A stretch of 42,529 bases of DNA from assembly GCA_028572065.1 (NCBI GenBank), contig JAPVWK010000002.1, positions 1 through 42,529 of the forward strand, written 5' to 3'. Shown piece after piece: positions 10,306 to 20,692 of this stretch. Every line of letters begins with the position of its first letter. Within the stretch, counting starts at the first letter, position 1. Position numbers and translations under genes: made by a program. A model generated the notes under the pieces. That model saw only the letters and a list, made by a program, of their open reading frames with translations, searched no databases and was not told the DNA's origin. The DNA comes from Candidatus Methanophagales archaeon (GTDB taxonomy: Archaea; Halobacteriota; Syntropharchaeia; Alkanophagales; Methanospirareceae).

Positions 10306-13300
10306 ATGAAAATCCAAAAAAGGGCGGAATTGGGAAACCTGAGGGCATTGATATTTGCGGTTTTATTTGTAACGTTAGTATCTGTGGGCATTGGCTGCGC
10401 ATCTGCAACCATAACCGTCTGTCACAGCGGCTGCGACTACGCCAGCATTCAAGCAGCCGTAGATGCCGCAGATTCAGGGGACATAATCGAGGTGCATAGC
10501 GGCACTTACTACGAACATGTAGACGTGAACAAGGCGCTTATTTTAAAGGGCGTGGATACAGGCAGCGGCAAACCTGTTGTAGATGCCGGTGGCAATAATA
10601 GCGCAATTACGCTTTCGGTAGATAGAATTACTCTTGAGGAGTTCACGGCAACAAACGCAGGGGACGGTTACTCCTTTAGACATTACGCTGGAATCCTGGT
10701 AACTTCAAACAATAACACCATTACAAACAACACGGCTAGCAGCAACAACGACACCGGCATCCTCCTGCGTTCTTCCAGCAACAACACTATTACAGGTAAT
10801 ACTGTCAGCAATAACAGTATCGGCATCGGTCTGGATGATTCATGTAACAACAATATTACCCGTAATACATTTCTAAATGATGGTCTTTCTGTTGATGGTT
10901 CCTATCAAAACACCATAAAAGGCAATACAGTAAATGGTAAACCTCTTGTTTATCTCGAAGATAAGGCGGGTATTGAGGTTACCGATGCAGGACAGGTTAT
11001 ACTTGTAAATTGTACTAATATCACGGTAGAAAATCTGGAGTTATCCAATACATACGTTGCTGTAAGCCTTTTGATAACAGAAGAAAGCGTAATCTCAAAC
11101 AATACAGTCAGCAACAACTGGTGCGGCATTACCCTTGACGATTCCTGCAACAACACTATTATTGGCAATAATGCCAGCAACAACAACTGGTACGGCATTA
11201 CCCTTGACGATTCCTGCAACAACAACACTATTACAGGTAATAATGCCAGCAACAACGGGTGCGGCATCTGCATCTACAAATCTAGCAACAACACCTTTAC
11301 AAACAATACCGTCTGTAGTAACAACGACAAAGGCATCTGCATCATCTCAACCTGCAACAACACCTTTACAAACAATACTATTAGCAACAACGACAAAGGC
11401 ATCTACCTCATCAATTCAGGTTGTAATAATAACATTATATGCAACACATTTCTAAATGATGGTCTTTTTGTCGGTTTTTCCTATCAAAACACCGTGAAGG
11501 GCAATACGGTAAATGGTAATACGGTAAATGGTAAGCCGCTTGTTTATCTTGAAGATACATCAGATACTGAGGTTACAGACGCTGGACAGGTCATACTTGT
11601 AAATTGCAGTAATATTACGGTAGAAAATCTGGATTTATCCAGCACGTGCGTTGGTATAGAACTATGTAAGACAAATGATAGTATAATTTCAAACAATACA
11701 ATCAGTAACAACAACATGTACGGTATCCACCTCATGGATTCCAGCAACAACACCCTTACAGGCAATAATGTCAGCAACAATGGCGAAGTCGACATCGGGC
11801 TATGGGGGGGATCCAATAACAACAAATTTTATCTCAATAATTTCATAAACAACACTCTAAGCGTTTCTTCTACAAGCAACATCTGGAACTCCACAGAACA
11901 AATAACCTATACATACAACGGTAGTTCTTACACAAACTACTTGGGCAACTACTGGAGCGATTATAAAGAAAAATATCCAGATGCTGAAGAGATAGATGGA
12001 ACTGGTATTTGGGATATGCCTTACCGCATATATCCAGACAATGACTTTTATCCGCTGATGGTGCATTTTGAGGCTTATGTTACTACACAAACAAAACGCA
12101 CGGTCCACAATATTGACACCGGTAAGAACTACTCAACTATTCAGGGCGCGATAGATGATCCTATGACATTTGCTGGACATACAATCACAGTGGATGCAGG
12201 TACTTATAATGAGAATGTAGTTGTGAATAAAGCACTTACATTGCGTGGTATTGGTATGCCCGTTGTAGATGCCGGCGGCAATGATAGTGCAATTACGCTT
12301 TCGGTAGATGGAATCACGCTTGAGGGCTTCAATGCAACAAACTCCGGTAGCCAGAATGGCGATGCCGGGATTAAGATTATCTCAAGCAACAATACACTTA
12401 CAGACAATACTATCCGCAACACTAACAACGGCATGTACCTCTACTTTTCACGTGGCAATAACGTTACCGGCAATACTGTCACAAACAGCAATGACGGTAT
12501 AGGCCTCTCGTCCTCCTGCAACAACATAATTGAAGGCAACACAGTCACAAAAAACGCTGGTGGTATAGACCTCTCGTCTTCCCACAACAATAACATCACA
12601 GGCAACAACATCACAAACAGCAGGTGGGGCTGCGACTTCTACAATTCTAATAACAATACCATTTCAAACAACACTGTGAACAATAACAACAACGGCATGT
12701 ACCTCTATTCTTCCGGAGACAACAACATAGCCGGCAACACTGTCCGCGACAACAACTATGGTATCAATCTCACCGCTTCTTGCAATGGCAATACCATTTC
12801 ATGCAACTATGTGGACAAAAACGATAACGCCATCTACATCTCGTATTCTCGCAACAATACCATTACCAGTAACGACATCACAAACAGCAAGTATCATGGT
12901 ATCTGCCTCACATCATCCAGTAACAACAATAATATCACGAACAACTATGTGTACAACAACAGCGATGACGGCATCCACATCTATTCTTCTAGCAACAATG
13001 AAATATATCTCAACGATTTTATAAATAACACCGATAATGTTTATTCTTCCGGTTCACCCAACATCTGGTACTCACAAGAACGATTTACTTATACCTACAA
13101 CGATAGAGTACGCAAAAACTATCTGGGCAACTACTGGAGCGATTATAAAGAAAAGTATCCTGATGCGGGCGAGATAGCTGGGTCTGGACTTTGGAATATA
13201 CCTTACAGCATAGAGGAAGATAAAGATACGTATCCACTAATGAAACCCGTGGTGAATTACTATGTCACGACAACAGGTACTTTTGACACAGGACCAAGCA

Positions 13301-13689
13301 AAAAAGCATATCCCGCAAGTTTCGGCATACACAACGGGACTATAAAACCAACTAAAATACTACAGGTGATTAAGCTTTACACGTATCCCTGTACAGGAAC
13401 CGGCGGGCATACGGAATACGCTAAAATCTGTAAAGGCTCGCGGTGTATCGAAACCGAGCCCTGGGATGGCTATAAGGGCGATTGGCACAATATCTCGTTT
13501 TCCAAACCATTTGAATTGCTTCCAAATGTAGAATACAATTACACCATAAAAACCGGTTCATATCCTCAAATTCATCATACAAATGCGCTTTTAACTGCCG
13601 ATGGCTGGATTAACTGCACTGAGTTTAAGGATGCAAATGGGGACATACAATATGACTGGCTACCGGCGATAAAGCTGTTGTCTGATTAA
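10306..13689 (+). CDS. Secreted beta-helix surface protein with two NosD-type modules and the conserved C-terminal domain
   Basis: N-terminus nearly identical to the 6038 paralog; second module starts TVHNIDTGKNYSTIQGAID; two YLGNYWSDY motifs; ends YTYPCTGTGGHTEY...YDWLPAIKLLSD. Confidence 0.92.
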   Translation: MKIQKRAELGNLRALIFAVLFVTLVSVGIGCASATITVCHSGCDYASIQAAVDAADSGDIIEVHSGTYYEHVDVNKALILKGVDTGSGKPVVDAGGNNSAITLSVDRITLEEFTATNAGDGYSFRHYAGILVTSNNNTITNNTASSNNDTGILLRSSSNNTITGNTVSNNSIGIGLDDSCNNNITRNTFLNDGLSVDGSYQNTIKGNTVNGKPLVYLEDKAGIEVTDAGQVILVNCTNITVENLELSNTYVAVSLLITEESVISNNTVSNNWCGITLDDSCNNTIIGNNASNNNWYGITLDDSCNNNTITGNNASNNGCGICIYKSSNNTFTNNTVCSNNDKGICIISTCNNTFTNNTISNNDKGIYLINSGCNNNIICNTFLNDGLFVGFSYQNTVKGNTVNGNTVNGKPLVYLEDTSDTEVTDAGQVILVNCSNITVENLDLSSTCVGIELCKTNDSIISNNTISNNNMYGIHLMDSSNNTLTGNNVSNNGEVDIGLWGGSNNNKFYLNNFINNTLSVSSTSNIWNSTEQITYTYNGSSYTNYLGNYWSDYKEKYPDAEEIDGTGIWDMPYRIYPDNDFYPLMVHFEAYVTTQTKRTVHNIDTGKNYSTIQGAIDDPMTFAGHTITVDAGTYNENVVVNKALTLRGIGMPVVDAGGNDSAITLSVDGITLEGFNATNSGSQNGDAGIKIISSNNTLTDNTIRNTNNGMYLYFSRGNNVTGNTVTNSNDGIGLSSSCNNIIEGNTVTKNAGGIDLSSSHNNNITGNNITNSRWGCDFYNSNNNTISNNTVNNNNNGMYLYSSGDNNIAGNTVRDNNYGINLTASCNGNTISCNYVDKNDNAIYISYSRNNTITSNDITNSKYHGICLTSSSNNNNITNNYVYNNSDDGIHIYSSSNNEIYLNDFINNTDNVYSSGSPNIWYSQERFTYTYNDRVRKNYLGNYWSDYKEKYPDAGEIAGSGLWNIPYSIEEDKDTYPLMKPVVNYYVTTTGTFDTGPSKKAYPASFGIHNGTIKPTKILQVIKLYTYPCTGTGGHTEYAKICKGSRCIETEPWDGYKGDWHNISFSKPFELLPNVEYNYTIKTGSYPQIHHTNALLTADGWINCTEFKDANGDIQYDWLPAIKLLSD

Positions 13690-13831
13690 AAAGGTTCGTT
13701 GGTCCCGTTTTCGTTCTAACCCATAAGAAAAGTGTATACAGGAAAACGGCTTCGCCGAAAGAAAGGTTGTTGGACGCTTGCGATATGATGACCGTATAAC
13801 GACCAAACAAATCAGTACTTAGCACTTATTT

Positions 13832-14764
13832 CTAGCGTATGTCCGCCAACAAATCCTCAGTCGCCTTCCGCACCGCTTCTTCAGATACAAACCCCTCGTG
13901 CCAGCCCAGTTTTTTCAGTTTCGAGGCATCAAGCAGCATAACCGGGACGTCGCCTTTCCAACCTCGTGCACCACCCGTGAACCGTAATTCGGGTGTCGTC
14001 TGCATCTCTTCGCATACGATCTCCGCGATTCGCCGCACACTTGTCATCTCATCCGTACCGATGTTGAATATATTCACACCTTCTTCTTTTGCGTCCAAAC
14101 TCGCAAACATTGCAGCCACACAATCACTCACGTAGATGTACGATTTCGTCTGCTTGCCATCGCCTAATATTTCCAACTCCGCGGGATTTGCCCTAATCTT
14201 ATTGATAAAATCGTAAATTATACCGTGCGAAGACCTTCTGCCGATTACATTCGCAAACCGGTATAGCCATGCCTGCATATCAAATGTATGACAGTAAGCG
14301 GCGATTAACGCTTCACAAGCAAGTTTCGACGCGCCGTATAACGAAATAGGTATGGTAGGATAACCTTCCGGTGTGGGCAGTATATCAGCATCGCCGTAAA
14401 CAGTGGATGTAGAGGTAAATAGGATTCTCTTTACGCCGTTCGTTCTCATTGCTTCCAGCACGTTATATGTTGCGATGACATTCTGATCCAGATGAACCTT
14501 TGTATCTTTTGCACCTAATCGCACTTCGGGATTCGCAGCGAGATGCCACACTTCCGCGGCACCCGCAAAAAGACGGGATATGTCATCATGCAAGATGTCT
14601 ATTTTGTGAAAACAGAAGTTTTCTTTATCTAAGTGCGGCTTTATGAAATTCTCGTCTCCCGCGCTCAGGTTATCCAGAACTACTACCTCTTGTTTCTCAG
14701 CCATTAACTTATCCACGACGTGCGAACCTATGAAGCCCGCGCCACCTGTTACTATTATTTTCAT
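13832..14764 (-). CDS. NAD-dependent epimerase/dehydratase (GalE-like extended SDR)
   Basis: MKIIVTGGAGFIGSH, STSTVYG, YGASK; start placed at MKIIV. Confidence 0.93.
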   Translation of the reverse strand: MKIIVTGGAGFIGSHVVDKLMAEKQEVVVLDNLSAGDENFIKPHLDKENFCFHKIDILHDDISRLFAGAAEVWHLAANPEVRLGAKDTKVHLDQNVIATYNVLEAMRTNGVKRILFTSTSTVYGDADILPTPEGYPTIPISLYGASKLACEALIAAYCHTFDMQAWLYRFANVIGRRSSHGIIYDFINKIRANPAELEILGDGKQTKSYIYVSDCVAAMFASLDAKEEGVNIFNIGTDEMTSVRRIAEIVCEEMQTTPELRFTGGARGWKGDVPVMLLDASKLKKLGWHEGFVSEEAVRKATEDLLADIR

Positions 14765-14993
14765 GTCTTGTCTATACCATGTACCTTTTTTGTTTAATAT
14801 GTATCGCGTCATTTTTAGTTTCGCCTTGGCGATTAAACCGCAACAACTATTTTTCTCGCGAGTCTTCTATCAATTGTGCTAATTCCAAAGTACTTCTTGT
14901 GTGATTGTTTCGAAGACCACAAGATTAACTCGGATTTACACACAACCTTTCTTTCCCAACGAAAGTTTAATCAAAGAAACGTATAATCTTTAA

Positions 14994-15800
14994 TCACAAA
15001 TTGTAATTCATGCCGAGCATAATATCGGCTGTTGTCTCTTCATCGGCTTTAACGATGACAGAATCCGAGTCAGTCAAGAATTGTGGTTTCGATGCCGTCA
15101 GGATGTAATAGCCCTGTGGAACATCAGTAAATGCGTAGTTACCGTGGGTATCGGTTTTTGTAGCTGCGAGCTCGTCTTGTGCCCAGGTAGTCAGCGTAAC
15201 TGTTGCGTCTGCGATTCCGTTTTCTTTAGCGGTGATGACCGTACCGTAGATGGCGCCTACCCTCTCGGTCGGTACATAAGCTCTATCATTAGTTATAAGC
15301 AGTTTATCGAGTTTAGCGGCACTTTCGCCCGGTTTCAGCTTCAATGTATACTTCCCTGCGGATAGCCGAAATGACACAGGCTCACTCGTGGGATTGGATT
15401 CATCTGTACTACCTTTGTGGTTTACGGTAGTCCATTGCCAGGTATTGGATAAGTAGATAGCTCCGGTAGCATCGTCTATCTGTACCTCGATGGCGTTACC
15501 ATCACCTGTGGGTGCTATCGCTCTACTCCAGATAACGTAATTACCGGAAGTGTTTATGTGGATAGTATATTCTGCTACTCCTGTTCTTGAACTCCAACCT
15601 GATCCTTTTGGTATCTGCAGATACTCGCCACCGGATGCTAAAGGCCCTTTTGCAATCACAAAACCGGGCGTTAACGTATCGGCATCTTCCGCTTCAAGCC
15701 AGACGTATTCTGAACAACCGCACAAAAGTAAATAGCCTGCCACCGCGGTAAGGCAGATTATTATACATACAATTGCAAGATATAGCTTTGGCTTTGGCAC
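14994..15800 (-). CDS. Membrane-anchored protein with a CBM-like beta-sandwich and a carboxypeptidase-regulatory-like domain
   Basis: N-terminal hydrophobic helix, WLEAED...ASGGEYL...LDKLLIT, then GAIYGTV...ATVTL...TDTHGNYAFTDVPQGYY. Probable GTG start at 15800, since the ORF-track start overlaps the upstream chagasin gene. Confidence 0.7.
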   Translation of the reverse strand: MPKPKLYLAIVCIIICLTAVAGYLLLCGCSEYVWLEAEDADTLTPGFVIAKGPLASGGEYLQIPKGSGWSSRTGVAEYTIHINTSGNYVIWSRAIAPTGDGNAIEVQIDDATGAIYLSNTWQWTTVNHKGSTDESNPTSEPVSFRLSAGKYTLKLKPGESAAKLDKLLITNDRAYVPTERVGAIYGTVITAKENGIADATVTLTTWAQDELAATKTDTHGNYAFTDVPQGYYILTASKPQFLTDSDSVIVKADEETTADIMLGMNYNL

Positions 15801-15811
15801 CTCAGGTATTA

Positions 15812-16228
15812 TCAACGTGCTACTACATGTATATAGAATATCTTTTCTGGCGATACATTCGTCTCCCACGGGCGGTGATATACCAATTTAAGGGCTGTCA
15901 GGCCGGGACCCACAACATCAAACCTGATGGTTTCTACACCTCCGGCACCGATGAGTTCTGATTCCTGCGCGAATTCTAGTTCTCCCACTTGCTACAGGAT
16001 CTGCTCATCCGGCTGTTCTACCAGTTCCCAGATGTAGCCCGTGGTCGGGTTCGAGTCCAATGAGATGACCAATGATTGCCCTTTTCTTACTGCAATCTCG
16101 TTACCGTTGTCAGTATCTGTGAGCAGCACCTCACTGGGCACTGAACTAGGACTGTACAACGTCAAAACCGCCACTATTAGCACTATTGCCAGTAGCACAC
16201 CGCCGAGGATATACACTTTCTTTTCCAT
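15812..16228 (-). pseudogene. Chagasin-family (I42) cysteine protease inhibitor with one in-frame TAG
   Basis: NPTTGY.W precedes TAG 15992-15994; the same frame continues QVGELEF...GAGG...YHRPWE...HVVAR* to 15812, so all three chagasin loop motifs are present. Confidence 0.88.
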
Positions 16229-16358
16229 TTAGATGTACCTCTGTATTAGCCGTTAGTATCAAACACATATAAAGTACTTTTTTCGGGTTGAATAAAAACA
16301 CAAAAAAGCAATACACTACTTTAAATCTGTGTCAATCAGTGTTAATCAGCGTCATTAA

Positions 16359-17231
16359 TCACTTTTCTTTCAAAAAACGTAAAATCCGTTCATTTATATA
16401 TCCAAGACTCTCTATGGCCGGGAAATGGCCTTCGCCTTTTAAACACTCCGCGGCAATTAAATTAGGTATTATCTCTTTTGCTCGCGGAATTATTTTCTCC
16501 GCAGGGAAAAATATGTCTTTTTCTCCTGCTAAAACCAGTGTTGGTGCAGTATAGTTCTTTAATTCTTCTTCCGTGGTTAATCGAGGCATTTTTGTTTCGA
16601 GCTTGTAATGAAGATAAACTGCGCCAGTAACTTCAACTGCGAATTCGTCAACAGCACCACTAAACATAGGGCTTACTGCTTTAAGCAATCTTTTGTCTGT
16701 TGGAAACAACTGATACATAAACATCGGTATAAAAATCTTAAATATCGTTCTACTTATTGAACCGGTAGCAATACCAGAAGGAACAAATAATACGGCCTTT
16801 GATATTCGTTCAGGAGCAAAGGCTGCTGTTCTGAGAATTATACCTGCACCATAAGAAGGGCCTATAAAGGCTGCTCTTTCTATGCTTAAACCTTCTAAAA
16901 CATCCACAACCCATTTGCCAAAGCTATCATATGCGGGCGATACACGATTTTGGCGGCTTTTGCCTGGATGACCTATGGTATCTGGTGCATATACTCTATA
17001 TTAATTAGTCAATGGTAAAAACCATGACAAAGTAACTGGGCTGACTGTGTTACCACCTTGTAGAATTACTAGCGGTGGTGCGCCCTTTGGCCCTTTTATA
17101 AAGATATGCGTATCGCCAAAACGAGTATCAACAATTGTTTCGTCGAATTCAAGCTCAAGTTTAGCTACAGCTTTATCGTAAAGAGATAATACTTTCGCTT
17201 CTCCTTCCGGGCTTTTATATAAAGTTGTCAT
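16359..17231 (-). pseudogene. Alpha/beta hydrolase with one in-frame TAA
   Basis: MTTLYKSPEG...PLVILQGG...LTN*YRVYAPDTIGHPGKS...GPSYG...GEKD...GEGH; the two ORF-track pieces are in one frame with TAA at 17001-17003. Confidence 0.88.
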
Positions 17232-17263
17232 ATCGGAGAGTCTCCTTGAATAAGCCAATATGT

Positions 17264-18397
17264 TCAGTGCACAAAGATCTTAAACAACCGGTTCAACCTT
17301 TTACCACGCCGTTTCGCCATCATCTCGTCCCACTCTACTCCTGCATCAACCTTTTCATCACCACCCGCTTCTGTCAACTCTTTCAACCGTTCCAACTCGC
17401 CATAATCTAGCCACACACCATGACAGCTCGGACAAACATCTATTTCCACATCCTCTGCATATTCCAGATCCATCATCGCACCACAACGCGGGCATTTCAG
17501 TTTACTCCTGCTTTCCGTACATGTGCGTTTAGTCAGCAAACTGTCGAGTTTCCGGGTGCCCAGCACTTTCTCGAGCTCTTCATTGTCAAACCATATACCC
17601 TGACATTTGGGACATACATCTATAAACACTTTAGGACCCAACAATTTCACATCCTCTTTATTCAGCATCACCCAGCATCTTGGACATTGCAATATTTTCT
17701 CTTCCGGACTCTTGACTATCACTCTCGCAATGCCTTCAAGCCCCATGAACTCGCCCTTGTATTCAAGCGTCCGAGTATTTAGCTCCACAGGAATTCTTTT
17801 CCCGTCTTTGGTTATCACTTCTACCTCATATCTGTCAACCCCTTCTCCAATCTGCCGCTTCCGGAAATTCTCGATTGTAGTTTCCCTGTACTCCAGAGCA
17901 ATGACAGTGGCGAAATTACGACCCACCAACTCGTTCTTATCGTACCCAAGCAGCTCCATGCCTTTTATATTCACATACGTGAACCGACCCTCCTGATCTA
18001 TCGTGAAGATACCGTCTTCTGCGTTTTCCACAAGACTACGGTAGTCCTCTTCCACCTTGTGCAGCACTTTGTCTCTCCTGTGAAATCCCCGGTAAACCAC
18101 CCAGCCGGTCCCAATAAGCAAGATAGCAATAAAAGCCAGGGGCAGCGTGATAATGAGTAACATGCGTTCCATCGTTATTAGATCCTTAGTATCGAGTAGG
18201 AAGAATGGCAGAATTGCCGCTATTCCCAAAACAACTCCAATTGATATAATTAGCAGCCCGACATCCTGGTCCGAGTAGCCCGTGAGGCTAAACCGACCGA
18301 ACGTCCCTTGATGGCTACCCGGAACAAGGATGACATTACATTTCTTGCAGACCTCGGCTGTATCCTTATTCTCTGTCCCACACTCGCTACAGTACAT
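17264..18397 (-). CDS. Zinc ribbon + 2 TM + PAS + two zf-TFIIB-like zinc fingers
   Basis: MYCSECG..N...CKKC; two hydrophobic helices; YRSLVENAEDGIFTIDQEGRFTYVN (PAS); CPRC...IDVCPKCQGIWFD and CPRC...IDVCPSCHGVWLD. Confidence 0.82.
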   Translation of the reverse strand: MYCSECGTENKDTAEVCKKCNVILVPGSHQGTFGRFSLTGYSDQDVGLLIISIGVVLGIAAILPFFLLDTKDLITMERMLLIITLPLAFIAILLIGTGWVVYRGFHRRDKVLHKVEEDYRSLVENAEDGIFTIDQEGRFTYVNIKGMELLGYDKNELVGRNFATVIALEYRETTIENFRKRQIGEGVDRYEVEVITKDGKRIPVELNTRTLEYKGEFMGLEGIARVIVKSPEEKILQCPRCWVMLNKEDVKLLGPKVFIDVCPKCQGIWFDNEELEKVLGTRKLDSLLTKRTCTESRSKLKCPRCGAMMDLEYAEDVEIDVCPSCHGVWLDYGELERLKELTEAGGDEKVDAGVEWDEMMAKRRGKRLNRLFKIFVH

Positions 18398-18399
18398 CT

Positions 18400-20616
18400 C
18401 TACGTCCTCCAAGAAAAGAATGACAGTGCTCGTCTGATAACTCTCTCGTGGAATAAAAGCCCCACGGAGATAATAACCGGCACGAATATCATGCAGAAAA
18501 TTAATCCAATAGAGGCAACCTTGCTGAAATCCTGCACCGGTATGAGCGTCACCGTCATAAGCGCTAAAAACCCGAGTATTGTCGTTATAGTAGTGAGGGC
18601 AATTGACACTCCTACGGTCGAAGAAGTGATTCGCAGTGCGTCCTCTAACTTTTCACCCCTCTCCCGCTCCTCCTTGTACCGGGTGATGAAATGAATGCTG
18701 TAATCAATGCCCAAACCGAGTAAAAGTGTAGCTATCATAATTGTCAGAAATGTCTCAGGGATTTGAAGAAGTCCCATAGTACCCATTGCGAAGATAATGG
18801 CGAGAAGGACCGGTAAAAGCGCAAGTATTATGCCCATAAAACTCCTCAATGCGAGAAAGAGCAGGATTATCACAAGCACTAAACTCAGCAGAGTTGACTG
18901 GACTTTGTCTTTACCCATGATCTCTTCAATCTGCGAACCAACTACGTCCATACCTGCCGGAACAAATATGACGTCTCCGGGCATCTCCACGTAATCCAAA
19001 ACGTCCTTGATCTCTTCTAACAATACTATATACTCGGTTTCATCCATTTCTCTATCAATCTTTATTAACATCAGTCCATTGGTGTAATCACTGGTAACGT
19101 ATTGCCGTCTCAGATCAAAGGGCAGAGCCGCGATTTTGCGTTCTATTTCTTTCTTTTCGTCTGGCACCTAATTGAGCAAACTGGCAATGCTCGAGACCGC
19201 AACTACGCGCGGCACGTCCTCCACGCCCTCCTTTATTTCCGCCATTGTCCCCAGAACTTCGGGGGTCCTGATGTCGTTCGCCTGAACCAGAATCATTGTG
19301 TGGCCGTATTTCACAAACTCGTCCTTTATGATATTACCCGCTTTTACAACAGGCGTTTCCTCGGGCAGCCACATGTCCTCATCTGTCACGCTCTCTATCT
19401 GAGACATACCGTGGAAGACCAGAACGAGACCCACGCCTAAGAAAAATATAACGGCAATCGGTTTTTTCACTGAAATTTCTGACAGCCTTGTCATCATATT
19501 GGGTATGAAGCCCCTTAACCCGAGAGTGTTCGATATTTTAGATAGATCGAAAGTTTTCCCGCCTATTTTGGACTCGAGGACAAGGAATGAAGGCAAAAAT
19601 AATAGCACGGATAGGGCAGAGAAGGATATTGCGATTAAAGACATCAAACCGTACTCCGCAACCATCCTCAGTCCAGCCACAGCAAAGGATGAGAAAGCGG
19701 CCATCGTTGTCAGGCTTGTAAAAATGGTGTTCCTACCTATCTTCGCGACTGCGATGTTCAACGCATTTTCTTTCCCCCGCTCCAGCTCCTCATGATATCT
19801 CTGAACAAGATGGATGCTGTAATCCACTCCCAGGCCCAGGGTAATAGCACCGAACATGACCGTCAGGAAATTCAAAGGTACATTTATAAAGTGCATGGTT
19901 CCAAAGGCAGCCAGGACAGCGACGAGGATCGGGACCATGATAAAAACTGCGGTTATTGGGTTCCGGAAAACGAAGAAAAGGACTACCACTATGGTTAAGA
20001 AACTAATGATTAGAGATGCTACAAAGCCAGACCTCACCGCTTCTTCCCAGGCATGATAAAAGGTCAAGCCCCCGGCAACAGTTACCTCCGTACCCACGGC
20101 TTTGTCTACCTTTGCCACCGTCTTCTGAAACGTCTCCATCATTTGGACCCGGTCCGGCACCTCGGCAGAATCCAATGCGACCGTGACAAGAGAGTACTGA
20201 CGCTCCGTGTTCACGTATTTGGCGACCTCCGTGGGGGGTCGGCTCATTATCTCCTCTCTCGTTTTTCCGAGGTCTAAGACACTGGAAACACTGAAAACTC
20301 CTGGGACTATCGAGACGGTATCTACTATCTCCGCCGTCATGTCCAGTACATCATCTTCTAAAACATCGCGGGCTAAAACGCGGTCCGCCTCAATAAGGAT
20401 ATCCACTGTGTCAGTGCCCATGAAACCACTCTCGACTATTCGTGCTTCGGTCATTCCCGGGGTGTCCGGGTAGTAGAAGCCATGATAGTCCGTACTGATC
20501 TCGGTTTTCGTTGCCTGTTGCAGCGCAACCACTGCAATGATAATCGCCAAAACTATTATGAATGGATAAAGCTTCTTTGAAACATTAGCATAGTGACTGA
20601 GTGCCTCTTCGATCAT
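18400..20616 (-). pseudogene. Full-length MMPL/RND-family transporter interrupted by one in-frame TAG
   Basis: ORFs 19168-20616 and 18400-19167 are contiguous and in frame, with TAG at 19168-19170; GLGVDYSIH and GLGIDYSIH motifs, one per half. Confidence 0.88.
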
Positions 20617-20692
20617 CCTCGCTTCCTCCTCTTTAATATCAACAATAACTTTGACATTTATGACTGGCGCTTCAGGATTCTAAGAATATGAA

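Noticed and set aside
6051-13024. Many short Leu/Val-rich antisense and alternate-frame ORFs
   Set aside because: Shadows of the AAC/AAT-rich beta-helix repeats; they lie within the long real CDSs
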